Assembly (NCBI GenBank): GCA_031835245.2
Contig: JAVKOQ020000020.1
Location: 1 to 64,000 of the forward strand
Length of the DNA: 64,000 nt
Direction: 5' to 3'
Origin: Balamuthia mandrillaris
Lineage: Eukaryota
This document shows, piece by piece, positions 9,897-22,041 of this stretch. The translations under genes were made by a program, and so were the position numbers. Each line of letters opens with the position of its first letter. The first letter of the stretch is position 1. The notes beneath the pieces are model-generated. The model saw nothing but the letters and a program-made list of their open reading frames with translations, was not told the origin of the DNA and did no database searches.

Positions 9897-10817
9897 ATGA
9901 GCGCCAAGGCTGTTCCTTTCAGAGATTTGGGCAAAAACGCCAACGACCTGCTGAGCAAGGGCTTCCCCACCACCTTTAAGGTGGAGGTGACCACCGCTCA
10001 GGAGGGTCTCACTTTCGTGAGCGCCGTGGAGAAGAAGCGCGGCAAGAAGGCCACCGATGCCGACTTTGTCTTCGGATCTGTCCAACCCAAGTTCAAGAAC
10101 GACAAGTATGGCTTCGAATTCAACGGTACTTTGGATACCGCTGGTGCCGCCAAGGGAGATTTCATCTTCAAGGACCTTTTGTCTATCAAGGGACTCAAGA
10201 CCACCCTCAAGACCCAAGTGGCCGGAACCCAGACTGCCGATTTCGCCCTGGAGTACGCTCTCCCCAGCCTCAACCTGGGAAGCAACCTTGTGTGGAAAGC
10301 TGAGGCTCCTTTGGCTGTCTCCGCCTCCGCTGTTGCTGCCACCAACGATATCAGCGCTGGCTTCCACTCTTCCTACCGCTTTGCCTCTGAGTCCTCTGAG
10401 GCTTTCCTGGACAAGATCGAGGCTGCCGCCAACTTCAAGAAGCAAGCCTTTGACATCACTGCCTTTGTCAGGAACGAGAAGACCCTCAGCGGCGCCACCG
10501 ACAAGGGAGTCGAGGACAAGTGGACCGTCAGCGGCAGTGCTCACTACTCCGTCGACAAGAACACCGCCTTCGCCGTCACCGCCGACCACGACCTCTCCAA
10601 GAGCATCGTGGAGGGCCTTAACGTGCGCTTTGGTGGTTCCTTCAACTATGGTCGTTTTGCCTTGAAGGCCAAGGCTGACACCAAGGGTATCGTCGCCCTC
10701 TCTGTTTCCGAGAACCTCTCCCCCTCCGTCAACTACACCCTTGGCTCGGAGATCGACACTAACAACCTGGCCGGCAACGCCCACAAGTTTGGCCTCTCCC
10801 TCACCGTCAAGCCGTAA
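9897..10817 (+). CDS. VDAC: Mitochondrial outer-membrane porin (VDAC)
   Basis: N-terminal FRDLGKNANDLLSKGF, C-terminal HKFGLSL; 306 aa, intronless, strongly biased codon usage. Confidence 0.93.
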   Translation: MSAKAVPFRDLGKNANDLLSKGFPTTFKVEVTTAQEGLTFVSAVEKKRGKKATDADFVFGSVQPKFKNDKYGFEFNGTLDTAGAAKGDFIFKDLLSIKGLKTTLKTQVAGTQTADFALEYALPSLNLGSNLVWKAEAPLAVSASAVAATNDISAGFHSSYRFASESSEAFLDKIEAAANFKKQAFDITAFVRNEKTLSGATDKGVEDKWTVSGSAHYSVDKNTAFAVTADHDLSKSIVEGLNVRFGGSFNYGRFALKAKADTKGIVALSVSENLSPSVNYTLGSEIDTNNLAGNAHKFGLSLTVKP

Positions 10818-10987
10818 AAAAAGCTCCTTTCCTTTTAGATCTGTAGTACCCCTCTGTTTTTTTTTCTCCTTTCTTCCTTTAGATTGTGTTGTTGGGCGGC
10901 TGCCTTTGATCTCTTTAGCCTCCCCTCCAAAGAAATAATCATTTCATATCACTACTTGCCAATCCCTCTTTCTCTTTGTCGTTCTCT

Positions 10988-11032
<45 letters not shown>

Positions 11033-11096
11033 TCCCTCTCCTGCCGCCACTGCAGCAAGAAAAAGAAATAGAACAGAAAAACAAAGCAAGAAGGAC

Positions 11097-12032
11097 ATGT
11101 TGCCACGCCACAGTGGCAGAGCTTTGGGAAGGAGCACAAGGACAATGCCACCCCTCTGGCACCACCACCGTAAGCAAGGGTTGCGCACCACGCAACCAAG
11201 GGGGAATGGAGTGGTGCTGGGGTGGGGTTGGGGTGCCCACGGGCAGCTGGGTTTGCCCCAATTGCCTTTGTCACACAATCAGAGCGTTTATGAGCCGCGC
11301 GTTATTCCACTCAACCACACTGAAGACAAGGAAGGCACCGCGTCTCCAAACCATGTTAGCTGCATTGGCTGTGGCCACTTTCATTCTTTGTTCTTTGCAA
11401 GTATTGCTTCTTCTGCCCTTGTCTCCTCTTGTTCCTTTCTATGCTGTATGGCTGCGCATGGCCAAGCAGGGATGCGTTGAGACTCACGAACTCAGTCTTT
11501 CGCCATCTCGCCACTACTACTAACTAGCCCCTGGCCAGCTGAGGGGCTGCGGCCACAATGAAGGTCTCCAACTAGGTGCCCTCCCAAGCAACCCCATGGC
11601 TCGCATAGGACCTTCCGTCTGGACGCCTACGCCTGTGCCTTTGCCCGCTGCTCACCCGTTGGTGACCACTAACGCAGGACGGGCCAACATTAAAAAGCTT
11701 ACAGGGAGTGGGCTTGCTTCTGCACTCCTCACTGAAGACGGGCAGCTCTATACTTGGGGTACCAGCAAGCGGGGCCAACTTGGTCACGCTGATGCATCTA
11801 CGCAAGAGGCAGTCCCTCGACTTATCCAGGCCACACCAACACGTTTGCACAGCGGTAAATAACCTTTTGTATTTATCTTGCCGCAGTTGTTTGTTTGACT
11901 CTCGGTTCTCTCTTGTGCCTCTTCATAGACGAAGCTCGAAAGCATGCAGAGGTAGTTGTGGATGTTGCTCTTGGGTGGGGACATGGCTTAGCCCTAACTT
12001 CTTCACATCGAGTGATGGTGTTACTACTCTAG

Positions 12033-12069
<37 letters not shown>

Positions 12070-12924
12070 ACAGTACATTGCTTATGCATGTATGAAATGC
12101 AAGGCATGGGGATGGGGAGAGCAAGGCCAGCTTGGTTTGGGAACCTACGAGAATGTGTTCACTGGGCCATTGGAAGTGGAGGAGCTCTCCGACAAGGGCA
12201 TTGTTTCAATAGCGACTGGGCCTGATTGTAGCCTTGCTGTTACAGGTTTGTAACTTCGGTGTTATGCTGTTATTTGCAAGTAAGAGAAGCGCCCATACTT
12301 AGTTGAAGTAATGCCTATGAATAGAGTACGGAGAAGTTTACCTGTGGGGACGTAATGAGTACTACTTGGGGCTGGCCTCTTCGTTTCTGCCAACAGGTGA
12401 GGTCACGGGCGAAAATTTGCCCAAGAAAATAGAGTTTCCGGTGCGGACCGAGCAAGGAGATGAGGTGCAAGGCAAGATTATTAAATTGCAGGCTGGCTTT
12501 GGTCATTTCCTGGCGCTAACTGATGAAGGGAAAGTGTGGGCTTTTGGTTTGAATAGGTAAATAAACCTTCTCTCTCTCTCTCTCTCTCTCATGCTTTTCT
12601 TCTTTTTTCTTGAAGTTTTTTTTTTCCTCTTTAACGTTGGAATACAATAGTTACGGACAACTCGGTTTAGGAGATTGTGAGAATCGACACAATCCACATT
12701 TTGTCAGCTCTATGAAAGACGAGGCCATACGGGACATAAGCTGTGGACGAATGCACTCGCTTTTTCTTACAAAACAAGGAGAAGTATATGCATGCGGGCT
12801 TGGAAAGAATGGCAGACTTGGTACTGGCGAGACTGAAGATAAGTGTGTCCCTTGCCTTTTACCCAATCTGCACAGCGTACAGCAGATCGCTTGCGGCTAC
12901 GACCACTCGCTTGTAATGCTTTAA
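11097..12924 (+). CDS. RCC1-repeat protein, multi-exon, with Arg-rich leader (possibly mitochondrial)
   Basis: Repeated WG.G..GQLG and CG..HSL motifs; several GT-AG introns. Confidence 0.85.
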
Positions 12925-13112
12925 AAATCTCTCGCTTCTGGACACGAGCTGAAAGACTGTTTGTTGTGCTGTGTTGTATGTGCTGTGAATTGAAGCTTTG
13001 GGTTTCGAGGGCAGAAAAAAAACCTCTAAAACGTGAATAAAAAAAAAAAAACAGAAAAAAACGGATTGTTTCTTAAAGAAAAGAACTCAGTTTGACCGGC
13101 AGCACCAGCAGG

Positions 13113-14417
13113 ATGGAAGCAGGAGAAGGCGACCTCAGCAATCATCACCAGCCTGTTGGGAAGTTCCTGAAAGATACTCCCGTACCTTCGTCCCAAGAAG
13201 GTATGCAGTTGTCCTCCCCCTCTCAACCATAACCAGCTCGCTGACATGCTTCGCTTGCCCCCTTTGAGGATGGGACCAGCACGCCCTCAGCCAACAACAA
13301 CTGGACTTCTTTGAAACCAATGGCTATATAACCAAGCTTCGCGTGCTCACAGAACAACAGGTTTGATGACCCTGAATAGCGCTATTTACTTGGCCCACGA
13401 CCTCATCTGTGTAGTTTTTAGGTGGACCAACTGCTGGATGAGTTAGAAGTTTTGAAGAAAGGCCACGGCCTCTTTCACGAGTTTCATTCCAATGAGAGCC
13501 CTGATCCCTCCCAAGTTCTTATGCATGCTCTTGGAGCGTGGCGCATCACTCAAGGCTTTCACGACCTTGTTTTCCATCCGGTGGTGGCCAAGGCCTCTTC
13601 TCAGCTGCTTGGTAATGCTTCTGTTCGTAAAAACAAAGTTCGTCCGGTGTTTAACTTCAACTTTTCTTCTTCTCGGACAAAGGGTTGTGTGGCATGGCAC
13701 CAAGACTACTCCTACTGGACACGAACGGCTCCGATGGCTCACCTCACCATCCATATTGCATTGGACGAGCAAACCATTGAAAACGGGTGCTTGCAGTATG
13801 TGCCTGGTTCTCATATGTACGTTCCCATGCTTTGACTACGAACATCAACCTCTCTTCATTACCATCACCATAGTACTTTGATGTATTGCATACGTTCATT
13901 TTGTTTACTTGGCTGTGTTTCAACAGGTGGCCACTGTTGCCAATAACATCCAGACATTTCGACGATATGGAATCCATTCGTACTCTCTTGAATGAACAAC
14001 AGCTGGCAGACTTCCGTCCGGTTCCTATGCTCCTGAAAAAGGGAGAGGTAAGCCTTTGCCTGCCTCGCCTTATCCTCTCTCTGACGCAGCTTCTACCTCA
14101 CTTAAATAGGCAACCATTCATCACCCATTGCTAGTACATGGTTCCTTTGGTAACAAGTCTGATGGCCCTCGAAGAGCAACCGTTATCAACGTGTTTGCGG
14201 ATGGTGTATGCTCCAAGAGTGATGAGCCCATGCTTGCTGGTATGCCTGTCATTCCCACAGACCAACCTTTGAAGGTTCTCCCCTCGGTTCTTCTTGGCGA
14301 GTTATTTTTTTGTTTCTCTCCCCACTGGCACTAACCGTAACAGCAATAACAACGGAACAGGGCCAATTCTTCCCTCTGTTGTACGAAGGACGGCGTGACA
14401 ACCTCAGCAGCAGTTAA
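13113..14417 (+). CDS. Phytanoyl-CoA dioxygenase (PhyH) family 2OG-Fe(II) oxygenase, multi-exon
   Basis: [22 protein letters not shown] (HxD), [26 protein letters not shown]; possibly lacks a short segment near 13630. Confidence 0.85.
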
Positions 14418-14936
14418 CGGAGAAGCTTGGGAGTGCTGCCCCTGGCATTCATATCATACGGTTGATGTGAGTGTGTGCGTATGTGCAGTGTGTCTTTTGG
14501 CTTCTGTCACACACATGTGTCAAGTCGTCAGCACCAAAGGAATAGTTAACGATGATGACGAGCATGGTGGTGATGATGGCAAATAATAACAATAGAGCAC
14601 ATCTGCGCATAGCAGCATCATTGCAGCCGCCCTTGGCCATCCACTGACATTGCCTGTCTCTCTCTCTCTCTCTCTCTCTGTCTATCTGTCTATCTATCTG
14701 GTCCTCCTCTCTCGCTTTATTTTTATTTTATTTTATTTTATTTTTATTTGACCAGCAGACCCTCCTCCCCGCCAAGCAGCCAACGGTTAGAGTAGCAGGA
14801 GGACTGCAAGGGCAAGCCCTGCTAGCGGCAGCAGCAGCAGCGAAGAAAACAGGGAGCAAAGAGGGCGAAAAACAGGTGGACCAGCACTCAGCACAAAGAA
14901 CAGGCCACAACCGCACTACCACAAGCAACTCACAAG

Positions 14937-17705
14937 ATGGGGACGTCCTTTTCCTACCTTTCCTTCAGGGAGACTGTCTACGTGATTGGATTATGCGTCC
15001 TCGTTGGGTTCAACCTTGCCCTGGTTCTTGTGTCGTTCCTTGGCCTGTCTCTCTACCGGCTATACTTCTCTCGCTTCTCGTTTAGTTTCTTTGATGGCGG
15101 AGGGTTGTTCCTGCTACGCTGCCACCGTCGAGCAAGCCCACAACCCAACTCCGCTTTACCGTCGAAAAGCCTTCATCTTGGGGAAGAGGAAGGATCTTCG
15201 CGGGCCAAGGATGAGGACGGATGGGTGGACGAAGATGAAGAGCCAGAGGGGGAAGGGGTGCCATTGCTGCACTCAGATCAAGCCAACATGCAAGAAAGAG
15301 CAAGAGAGGAAGAGTCTTGTGGTCTTCGTTATCAAACCGAGCGAAAGGCGCAGCAGAGAAGGATCAACATGGTGCGCAGGATAGTGGTCAACTTGGCTTT
15401 TTGGTGGACGGTCATCACACTAGGCGGCTTTCTCATTTTCTCCGTCACAATGGACTACGTGCCTTTATGGCTTGGCCTTGTAGGTGCAACACTTTTCTAT
15501 TGGAGCCTTTGGTTCATCGCCTTTCCATTCGACGGCTTCTCCAGTTCCTCCTCCTCCTCCTCCACCTCTTCTTCTTCTGCTTCAACACATGCTTCTTCTT
15601 CATGCTCATCTGGTTCCTCCTCTCAACATTCTTCTACCTTTAAAAAACAAACCGAAGACATGAGCCAACAAGGTTCACATGAAGAAGAAGGCGAAGAGGA
15701 AGATCAACTGTGTTGTGGTACCCGGCTAGAGCTGCTTGGAAAGAATCATCAACGCAGCAGCGATGCTCCCCAACGTCGCCATAAGAGAACTAGGGGCAGG
15801 CAACTCGTCAACCACCTTTGTGGAGAGCGCCTAGTCTCTGCGTGCTTGGACAGCAGGCTTGGACGAGCCTTAGCACGCCGGTGTCGCAAGATTAGGTCCC
15901 GGCCCTTCTTGTTTTTCGGAGGGCTTCTCTTCTTCTTTGTTTTCGCCTTTTCTGCCAGTTTCTTTTCGGAGGGTCTCTGCGTTGCAGAATACCCGTTTCA
16001 CTGTTTGTTCCCTCTCCTCTGCTCTCTCTTCTCTCTTGATCTTCGATTTCTCTGCTCTCTCCCTACCTTCCTCTCTCTCTCTCTCTCTTGTTGTATTCTC
16101 TCTCCTTCATTAATCACTGCTTTATTCTGCAGTGAGTACGCGCTTTACAAGGCGGATATCAGGGGAGACAACATGCGATAAAACAACGGCATCGTCGCCT
16201 CCGTGTCATGTATATCTTACCCTGGGCGACACCGCCACCACAGTAATTGTACATTTTCATACAGCGGTACTTCCCGCTGATTCAGTCCCCGTTGTATACT
16301 ACGATGTTGTCTCTCATTCGGGCGCCTCTGCCAACAAAAGTTTGGTAACCCAATATCGCTATATGGCCCAGGCAACAAGTTTTGATTTCTCCACACGTGA
16401 TATGAAGCGCACTCTTCATTGGGCAGAGCTGAAGCAGCTCTCTCCTGATACTATCTATTATTTTAGAGCAGGCCACGGAGATAACACTCGCGTCTTTAGC
16501 AGAGAATTGGTGTTCTATTTACCTCTGTTCTCCTCTCTCTCTCTCTCTCTCTCTCTCGTTTGCTTCTCCTCCTAACATTTTTCTTTCCTTAGAGCTTTCT
16601 CACTGGAGTTGCGCAAAACAGCAGCCAAGACTTTCACCTTGTTGCTGGTGGAGATACTGGCACGTCGGTCTTCTACGAGATGATGAGCAATGTTGCTGCT
16701 GCCCTTAGGCCAAGGTTTGCTCTAGTAGGCGGTGATTTTGCCTACTCCAACGCAATGCTCACGTGTTACCGAGCATGGGATCATTGGTATTATTTTTTCT
16801 TTTTGTTACTCTATTTGTATTCCCACACTTCTCTCCTCCTTCGTAGGTTTGATATCTGGGAAAGAACGATGGTGACACCTCAGGGCCATACTATTCCTTT
16901 GGTGCCTGCAATAGGAAATCATGAGACAGGAGCCATCTCTACCAACATCCACTCCAAAGACGAAGTGCCATTTTTCTTTCACTATCTCACTCAGTACAAG
17001 CCCAGCGAGTCATTTGCTCCGCTGCACAGACCAAAGAAAGACGAAAGCTACCGGCGCGTCTATCTAGGAGGAAACGTGATGCTTTTGGTCTTGGACAGCG
17101 GCATGTATGCTGACGTCGGCGGCCACCAAACCAGATGGATCGAAGAGACGCTAAGAGCGGAAAGAAACAGAACTTTGGAATCAGGCGCTCACCCCACCAC
17201 GATTATCGCTCTTTACCACGTGCCGATGTGGCCTGCTGACAATGGCAAGTCCAACGTTGTAGAAGAAATGCAGAAAAAGTGGGGTCCTCTTTTCGACCGT
17301 TACACTGTTTCTGTTGCTCTTGAAAACCACAGCCACCGCTATGGAAGAAAGAAGTTCATGCTCAATAGAGAGGTTCGTTTTCTTGTTTGTTAATCTATCA
17401 TCGTCGTTGTGTACCAACCTCGACACTAATGGCTTGATTTCTGACAGGGCACCCACAACGAAACGCTGTTCATAGGCGGAGGGGCTTGGGGAGTGCCTCC
17501 CTCCAACAACCACTGCAATCTGCATTGGTTCTTCGATTGGTGTTCAACTGGCACGCCCTCCTACACCGCACGAATGGAGGTCAAACGACACGTGTTGCAC
17601 ATCCACATCTTCCCGTCCAACAACACAACCCAAGGCCATGCCACCATTGATGCCGTTGACATTGACGGGGTTGTATTTGACTCTGTTGAAATACCACTTC
17701 CCTAG
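14937..17705 (+). CDS. Purple acid phosphatase-like metallophosphoesterase with N-terminal transmembrane segments and FN3-like domain
   Basis: GGDTG, GGDFAY, GNHE, ALYHVP and ENHSH motifs; LKQLSPDTIYYFRAG; hydrophobic N-terminal helices. Confidence 0.85.
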
Positions 17706-17786
17706 CCAAGGTCTATTGGGGAGAAGCGCTTCTTAATATGTTGAAGAAAGTTATTTATTAAAACCAAGGTTAATTCGTTATCACTT

Positions 17787-18489
17787 TTACTTGCTCTGAG
17801 GAGAGGGAAGATAGCCCTTTGCCAAAGCCAGCTCCGCGTTGAGAATGGAGCCGCCAGCCGCACCGAGGATAGTGTTATGCGAGAGCAGCACAAGTTTGAT
17901 GTCAAACAAAGAGCATTCCCGTACCCTGCCCACGCTCACTGTATACCCTCCGCCAAGGTCACGGTCCAGCTTTGGTTGTGGGCGGTTTACTTGTTGTGTG
18001 AACACTTGAATAGGTTGTTTGGGAGCTGAGAGCAGGAGGCCTTGCCATGGATGCACGTAGTTCTGCAACACGGCAACGACCTCTTCGGGTGTTGCTTTCT
18101 TTTTGAGCTTTAACGATACGCATTCGGTGTGACCATCCACGACAGCCACTCTGTTGCAGTGGGCACTAACCTTCAAGTCGGTTGACACGAAGCGTGTTTG
18201 GCCAACAGCAGCCCCGCCTCCATCTGCATCTCCAATGGACAGCTTGCCCAAGATCTTGAGCGGCTCTGTTTTGAGTTTATCCTCTTCACTGCTGATGAAA
18301 GGGATCACGTTGTCCAGGATTTCCATGCCAGAAACACCGTTGTAGCCTGCTCCACTGATGGCCTGCAATGTTGTAACGAAACATTTTTTCACGCCAAAAG
18401 CTTCATCAATGGGCTTGAGCACCGTGGCTAAACCTGGTGATGCAAACGCAAACAAGCCAAGGTTTAGCACAAACATTAAGCAAAGGACC

Positions 18490-18534
<45 letters not shown>

Positions 18535-19040
18535 AGAGAGAGAGAGAGAGGGGGGAAAAGAGAGTTATTGGGACCCGTTGTGGAGCAGTTGGCATTGGTG
18601 ACAATGAATCCGCCTTGCCAACTTCGTCTCTGTTGTTGGTAAGGAACTACTTCGATGTGCTCTGGGTTGACTTGGGGCAAGAGGATAGGCACATCTTCGT
18701 CCATCCTGTGGTTCTTGGCGTTACTGAAAACGGCGATCCCCGCAGCTGCAAACGCCTCCTCCACAGGACCAGCCACCGTAGAGGCCAACCCAGAGAACAC
18801 CAACGAGCAACGCCGAAAGTCCTCCTCGCTGGGGTCGCACAGACGCACTGTCATCTTGCGAACAGCAACAGGTATGGGCGTTGCTTGTGTCCAGCGCACT
18901 GCCTCCTCGTACGGTTTTCCTGCCGAACGGTCAGAGGCACCGAGCGCCACCACTCGGAAGACCGGATGCCGCTCTAACAGCTGCAAGAACCGTTGCCCCA
19001 CCATTCCTGTGCACCCCAACACGCCAACAAAGATCACCAT
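17787..19040 (-). CDS. asd: Aspartate-semialdehyde dehydrogenase (fungal HOM2/archaeal type)
   Basis: VGVLGCTGMVGQRF, IVTNANCST, QAISGAG, CNRVAVVDGH, SHNTILGAAG; one in-frame CT-rich intron at ~18435-18575. Confidence 0.93.
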
Positions 19041-19089
19041 TTGCTGCTTTTCTGTTCTCTGATCAGCCCTCCTTTACCGCCGTATCTTC

Positions 19090-19721
19090 AACCTAGCGGT
19101 GCTTGCTTCTGCTGCTTCTGTTTCCCTTCCCCCGTTCCTCCTTCAAGGTTTTCAAAAGGTAACCTGGTTTGTCCTGCTTTGCTTTTGTGTCTGTTTGTCA
19201 AAAAAAAAATGCACGGTAGTGCTGGTACTTGCTTGGGTTGACAGTTGGTAGGCAGTGGTCCGTAAGGGATCCCTTTTTACCTTCGCTCCCTCTGCTTGTT
19301 TTGCGTCCTCTTCATCCGCCTTTTCCTTCCTTCTCTTTGTTTTTCTTTTCGTTGTTAAAAGAGGACTGCTTGCCTTTAAATTTACTTTATCTACAAACAC
19401 ATGTGGGCGCAAAAAGCTATGGCTTTACTTGCCCTTTTTCTTGCCTCCCTTGTCCTCTTGGTTGGTTTTGCCCCCACCAGCTGGCTCATCATCGCCCACG
19501 TCCTTTTTCTTGCCTCCCTTGTCCTTGGTGGGTTCCTCCTTCTTGGGTTTCTTCTGTTGCCCCTTGTCCTTGTTCAGAGGGGAAGACGTGTGGTAGAGGC
19601 TGGACTGGCTCGCTCCGCTGAAGGACCATGAGGTCAAGGCGCCTCTCCGGTAGGCCGTGCTGAGCAGGCGTGTAGAACCGAGAGGCTGCAGTTTGGGGAC
19701 AGCTGTTGTGATGCGCAACAT
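19090..19721 (-). CDS. Small Lys-rich hypothetical protein with mitochondrial-presequence-like N terminus; 3' exons uncertain
   Basis: MLRITTAVPKLQPLGSTRLLSTAYRR..., GT donor near 19428. Confidence 0.4.
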
Positions 19722-19877
19722 GGTGACGACGTAAACGGATGTAAAAACAAAGCAGCTAACGCTTTTGCTCAACTGCAGTTGCGTGTGGCCAACAACAAAG
19801 GATAAATGAGAGAAAAAATACGACGCTTCGCCTTAGTAGTCACCTTAAACTTAAGGTGAAATTTAAGGCGGGGTACT

Positions 19878-20177
19878 CAAGCAAGAAGAACAAGAAGAAC
19901 AAGAGCAAGAGCAAGAGCAAGAGCAAGAGCAAGAGCAAGAACAAAAACAACATCAAGAACAAGAACAACAAAAACAACAGCAAGAACAAGAACAAGAACA
20001 AGAACAAGAACAAGAACAAGGACAAGAACAAGGACAAGAACAAGAACAAGAACAAGAACAAGAACAAGAACAAGAACAAGAAGAAGAACAAGAACAAGAA
20101 CAAGGACAAGGACAAGAACAAGAACAAGAAGAACAAGAGCAAGAAGAGCAAGAGCAAGAACAACAACAAGAACAAGA
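19878..20177. repeat. (AAGAAC/AAGAGC/AAGGAC)n hexamer satellite, intergenic
   Basis: Directly visible; the same unit occurs in the cyclophilin intron at ~7280-7370. Confidence 0.95.
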
Positions 20178-20274
20178 AGCAGATGCTAAAGAGGCATAAA
20201 TTAAGTGGATGGAACCTAAAGCTACAACTTAAACATTCGCTTCGCTTTTGAAAAGAAGGCGCTGAGGTGACTGC

Positions 20275-21815
20275 TTAGGGAGCGGGGATCTCTTGACGGA
20301 AGGAAAGTGGAGTCATGCCAACAGGACTCCACTGCTCTTTGATGGCTTGCAGGCGTGCGAGGTTGCTGCCATAATACACGTTGGCCCAATCTGGGAGTGT
20401 GGAATCAATGAAGTTGACGTAACTTCCAGCGATGAAGGGTTTCACGCTCCTGTACCATTCCTCCATGCGCAGCCTCACTGCTGTCTTCGTGGCTGGAGTG
20501 ACGCCACAGCTGAAATAAACCATAAACTTGGTATTTCTCCAGGTGAAGGCTGTTTCGTGCGCTTCCAAGTCTGCAGTAGCTCCGCCAAACTGGATGAAAT
20601 GTAAGTCACAATCCCCATCTTGTGGTTTGATGGAGGAAGCCAGGGTCTTGAGCAGGGGGGCAGACAAGGAATCCACCAACACAGTCTTTGTCAGTCCAGC
20701 TTGGCTCGAGTACTCCGCATAGCCATGCTCGTCAGCGTAGTCTTGAATCATCTCCCAGAAGCAGTCAAACTCACGCCAGAAGCTGCGCTTCTCAAGGACC
20801 GGGAAGTGGTCCAGAAAGCTGCGACAGCAGCTTTGGTGTCCTGCTCGCTGTGCTGGGAGATGACCCAGAGGCAGAGCTCGCTGGTGGAGAGGGTCAGGTC
20901 GATGTTGATGGAGCGGCTCTGTTTGTCGTACTGGTCAAACAGCAACTTCATGACCTGCGCGGACAGGGTAGGTTCATAGCAGATCTTGCCCCAGGCGTAG
21001 AGGTTGGGTCCTCGGAACACCCGCATAACCAACTGGGTGACCACCCCAAAGTTGCCACCACCGCTTCCCCTCAACGCCCAGTAGAGGTCCTGGTGTTCAC
21101 GGGGCGAGGCCTGCACCACCTGGCTGCCGTTGCTCGTCACCATTTGGAACTCCAACACGTTGTCGATGGCCAACCCAAACTGGCGGGCGGTGGGTCCTAC
21201 CCCTCCTCCCAACGTGAATCCCGTTACGCCCACACTTGGACAAAGTCCCCCCGTTACTACCCACACCCCTCCATGCTCCCTTTTTGTTGAATATATATAT
21301 TGTTTTAGAAGGAGGTAAGACAAAAGCGAGATACTGTGAAAACAAAGCCTGGGAGGAGGAAAAAAGAACCTGAAGGCCGCGTAGACGTCCCGCCACCGAC
21401 AGCCAACACCAACGCGGATGACGGCGTCGTCTATCCACTCCACTTGGCACAAACGTTCCATGTTCATCATGAAGCCAACAGGCGTGGTCGAGTAGCCTTC
21501 AAAACTGTGGCCTCCATTCTTGACCGAAACGTGGACGCCGTGCTGTGCAGCACACCGAAGAGCTACCTGCACCTCCTCCACCGAACGAGGCAAGACCACG
21601 AACGGCGGCGGATGCACGTTGAACGAAGGGTTGGTTACTCGGGAGACGTTGTAGTAAAGGCCAGGAGAGCTGCTAGGGGTAACGGAGAAGGAAGCAAGCT
21701 CCTGGAAGCAGGGCGGAGGAGAGCTGGGGAACCGAGGGCTGAGTCGCCGAATACCATGCGCGGAGGAAAGGAAGAGCAGGGCGATGAGAACGCAAGCCCA
21801 AGCCAGGCGCCTCAT
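20275..21815 (-). CDS. Secreted FAD-linked oxidase, berberine bridge enzyme-like; apparent 1-nt frameshift near 20815
   Basis: Signal peptide; VKNGGHSFEG, GLCPSVGVTGFTLGGG, DLYWALRGSGGGNFGVVT, GSYVNF, YYGSNLARLQAIK; intron ~21291-21373. Confidence 0.88.
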
Positions 21816-21909
21816 ATTGTTGGTTTGTTTTGTAATGGAGCAAAGAGAACTTTCGGCTTTGGGAAAACTCCCCCATTTCAGGGTGTACGTGCCTCCTGGT
21901 ATAACCCAA

Positions 21910-21917
21910 TGACGTCA
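21910..21917. promoter_or_regulatory. CRE-like palindrome TGACGTCA upstream of the BBE-like gene (also at 24941-24948 and 46601-46608)
   Basis: The perfect copies I noticed are all intergenic and upstream of gene starts. Confidence 0.4.
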
Positions 21918-22041
21918 CTAACACCACACCATTTGGATCGATCCTCCCAATATAGGACCAAAGGCAAAGAAGTCTACAGTCGAAAAAGAACAAGCATCCC
22001 ATTGGGGTCAAAATAATAAAAAAAAAAGAACTAGTATCCCA

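Noticed and set aside
9861..10784. 307-aa antisense ORF over VDAC
   Set aside because: Shadow ORF expected from biased codon usage; no recognisable motifs.
19840..20251. ORFs of poly-(KN) / poly-(LF)
   Set aside because: Translations of a hexamer satellite with no coding evidence; the same applies to other ORFs over (CT)n, (CCT)n, (TTTC)n and (GGT)n.
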